A stretch of 64,000 nt of DNA from Monocercomonoides exilis PA203 (lineage: Eukaryota; Protista; Preaxostyla). The notes beneath the pieces are model-generated. The model was not told the DNA's origin. It did not search any database and worked only from the letters and a program-made list of their open reading frames with translations. This document shows, piece after piece, positions 62,616 to 64,000 of the stretch (its first letter is position 1; each line of letters opens with the position of its first letter). The stretch lies in assembly GCA_001643675.2 (NCBI GenBank), contig LSRY02000016.1, positions 806,001 to 870,000 on the forward strand, given 5' to 3'. A program made the position numbers and the translations under genes.

Positions 62616-63004
62616 TAATATGAATGATATGACGAGTGATTTTGCTCGAAAATGGAAATTGATTTATGAATAATTCCTCAATATATTTGATCAAATCATT
62701 TAATCATTTTTTTTGAAATGTTTTTTGATTGAGAATATTTTCAAACTTGAAAGTCGGTTTTGAAGTGAAAAATATGTTCCTTAAAAAACAAGTGATTTTG
62801 CTGCCATTCTCCATGATAGAAAATATTTTGTTTTCATGTTAAAAAGTATTCGTAGTTTTTTTCTCTTAATGAATATTTGCACTTGAAAAGAAAATAAAAA
62901 AAGAAAATATAAACACAAAAGAAGAGTTACTAAGATGAAATGAAGATAATGAAAATTATGAAGAAAAATATGTCACAATTTTCTGTTTTAATACAAAATT
63001 CAGA

Positions 63005-64000
63005 TCAAAAAGCGAAGTGTATATTTGGTTGTTTTGCTTTCAATTTTTTCATTGAAATGCGATGCCTAAAGCCATCAGGAGTTCCAACTGTGATCTAAAA
63101 AAATTATAAAATATTAATTGAAAAGACAATTAATAATTAATAATTTATAATCAATAAAAATAAATGTGATACACAACAAATTCATACCCCTTCTTGTGAT
63201 ATGCTTTCAATCACTCCAGTTATCTTCCCCTTTTCTCCTTGTTCCTCAATCGTAATAAAATCATTCGCCCACAAGATATGCCCCATGTACAGCAGCGACG
63301 AATCGTCCAATAGCCGAATGGCAGACAGCCCACCGAAGTTTCCTCTGAACGCCTCTCCTTTCTCTGCAATGTATTCTCCGTCTTCTTTGACCTGCGCATC
63401 CGACAGGGTGAACTTGACTGGAGGAATTCCCGATGACAGCCTCCGCTTCAGCACCAGCGACGAAGAGCCGCTGATCGCTGCTGCAGTCACAGCCTCTGCC
63501 GCCGCCGAAGCGTTTGAGTGGTGCTCTCCGCTCTGCTCTGCACGCAGCGTGGGCGCAGAAATCGTCGGCGCTGAGGCAGACGGAGGCGGGTTGACGGGCG
63601 GGACAGTCGTTGCGGAAGAGGCAGAAGGTGGGGAACTGAGAGTGGTGCTGGAAAGAGAGGGAGAAAGTGATGCGGCTGAAGAGGAAGGAGAAGGAGACGG
63701 AGACAACGAGCGGCGGTGTTTCAATGGAGGGTGATCTGTTGAAGTTGCATCGCTTGGATACAAAGACGCTCCTTCAGCACTTGCACTTTCGCTTTGATTG
63801 GCAGCTGCATGTGACAAATCAGCATCGTGAATGCTTGCATCAATACCTGCTTTTCTGCTTTCTTTTTCTCTGCCTCCTCTGCTTTCTGAAGCGCTTGATG
63901 TGTGAATTGATGAGGTTGAAGAAGAAGATGAGGAGGATGAGGATGAAGGCAATGAAGAGGCTGTTAAAGAAGCTCCAGAAACAGAAAGTGAAGAAGCAGA
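63005..64000 (-). CDS. 3' end of an Sds3/BRMS1-like (Sin3-HDAC subunit) gene, truncated by the window edge
   Basis: PPVKFTLSDAQVKED and IRLLDDSSLLYMGH...ITGVIESISQEG|ITVGTPDGFRHRISM resemble the Sds3/BRMS1 C-terminal region. Intron 63095-63187, last exon 63005-63094 in frame. Confidence 0.55.

Overview
This is eukaryotic, AT-rich genomic DNA with short GT-AG introns and the standard genetic code. Poly-Ser-bloated proteins, a flagellar ARMC4/ODAD2 gene, GGAxY beta-helix genes and a lineage-specific multicopy family suggest an oxymonad such as Monocercomonoides (inference, not proven). Positions 1-23.9 kb are a nested transposon graveyard. It holds two TIR/TSD-bounded Merlin (IS1595/ISXO2-like) elements, two decayed DD35D pogo-like elements, a 1-kb foldback element, two GGG-ended MITEs with 4-bp TSDs, a Sola-like remnant and a poly(A)-tailed repeat. 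A beta-helix gene and a tail-to-tail pair of bacterial-type acyltransferase-3 genes sit among them. Positions 23.9-64 kb are gene-dense: MLH3, a myotubularin, an S41-like membrane protein, a nitroreductase, ARMC4, a P-domain-less calnexin-like protein, an F-box-like and an Sds3/BRMS1-like gene, plus a third Merlin remnant. The best candidate for an undescribed system is a non-coding module shared by the two diverged pogo elements upstream of the transposase: TCCCACTTTT, exactly 24 nt, ATATAAGGAAA, about 34 nt, a GC-rich nested stem-loop with a conserved pairing pattern, then AAGGRGT. It may be a transposon-encoded structured RNA with its own promoter. All alignments and folds were done by eye.
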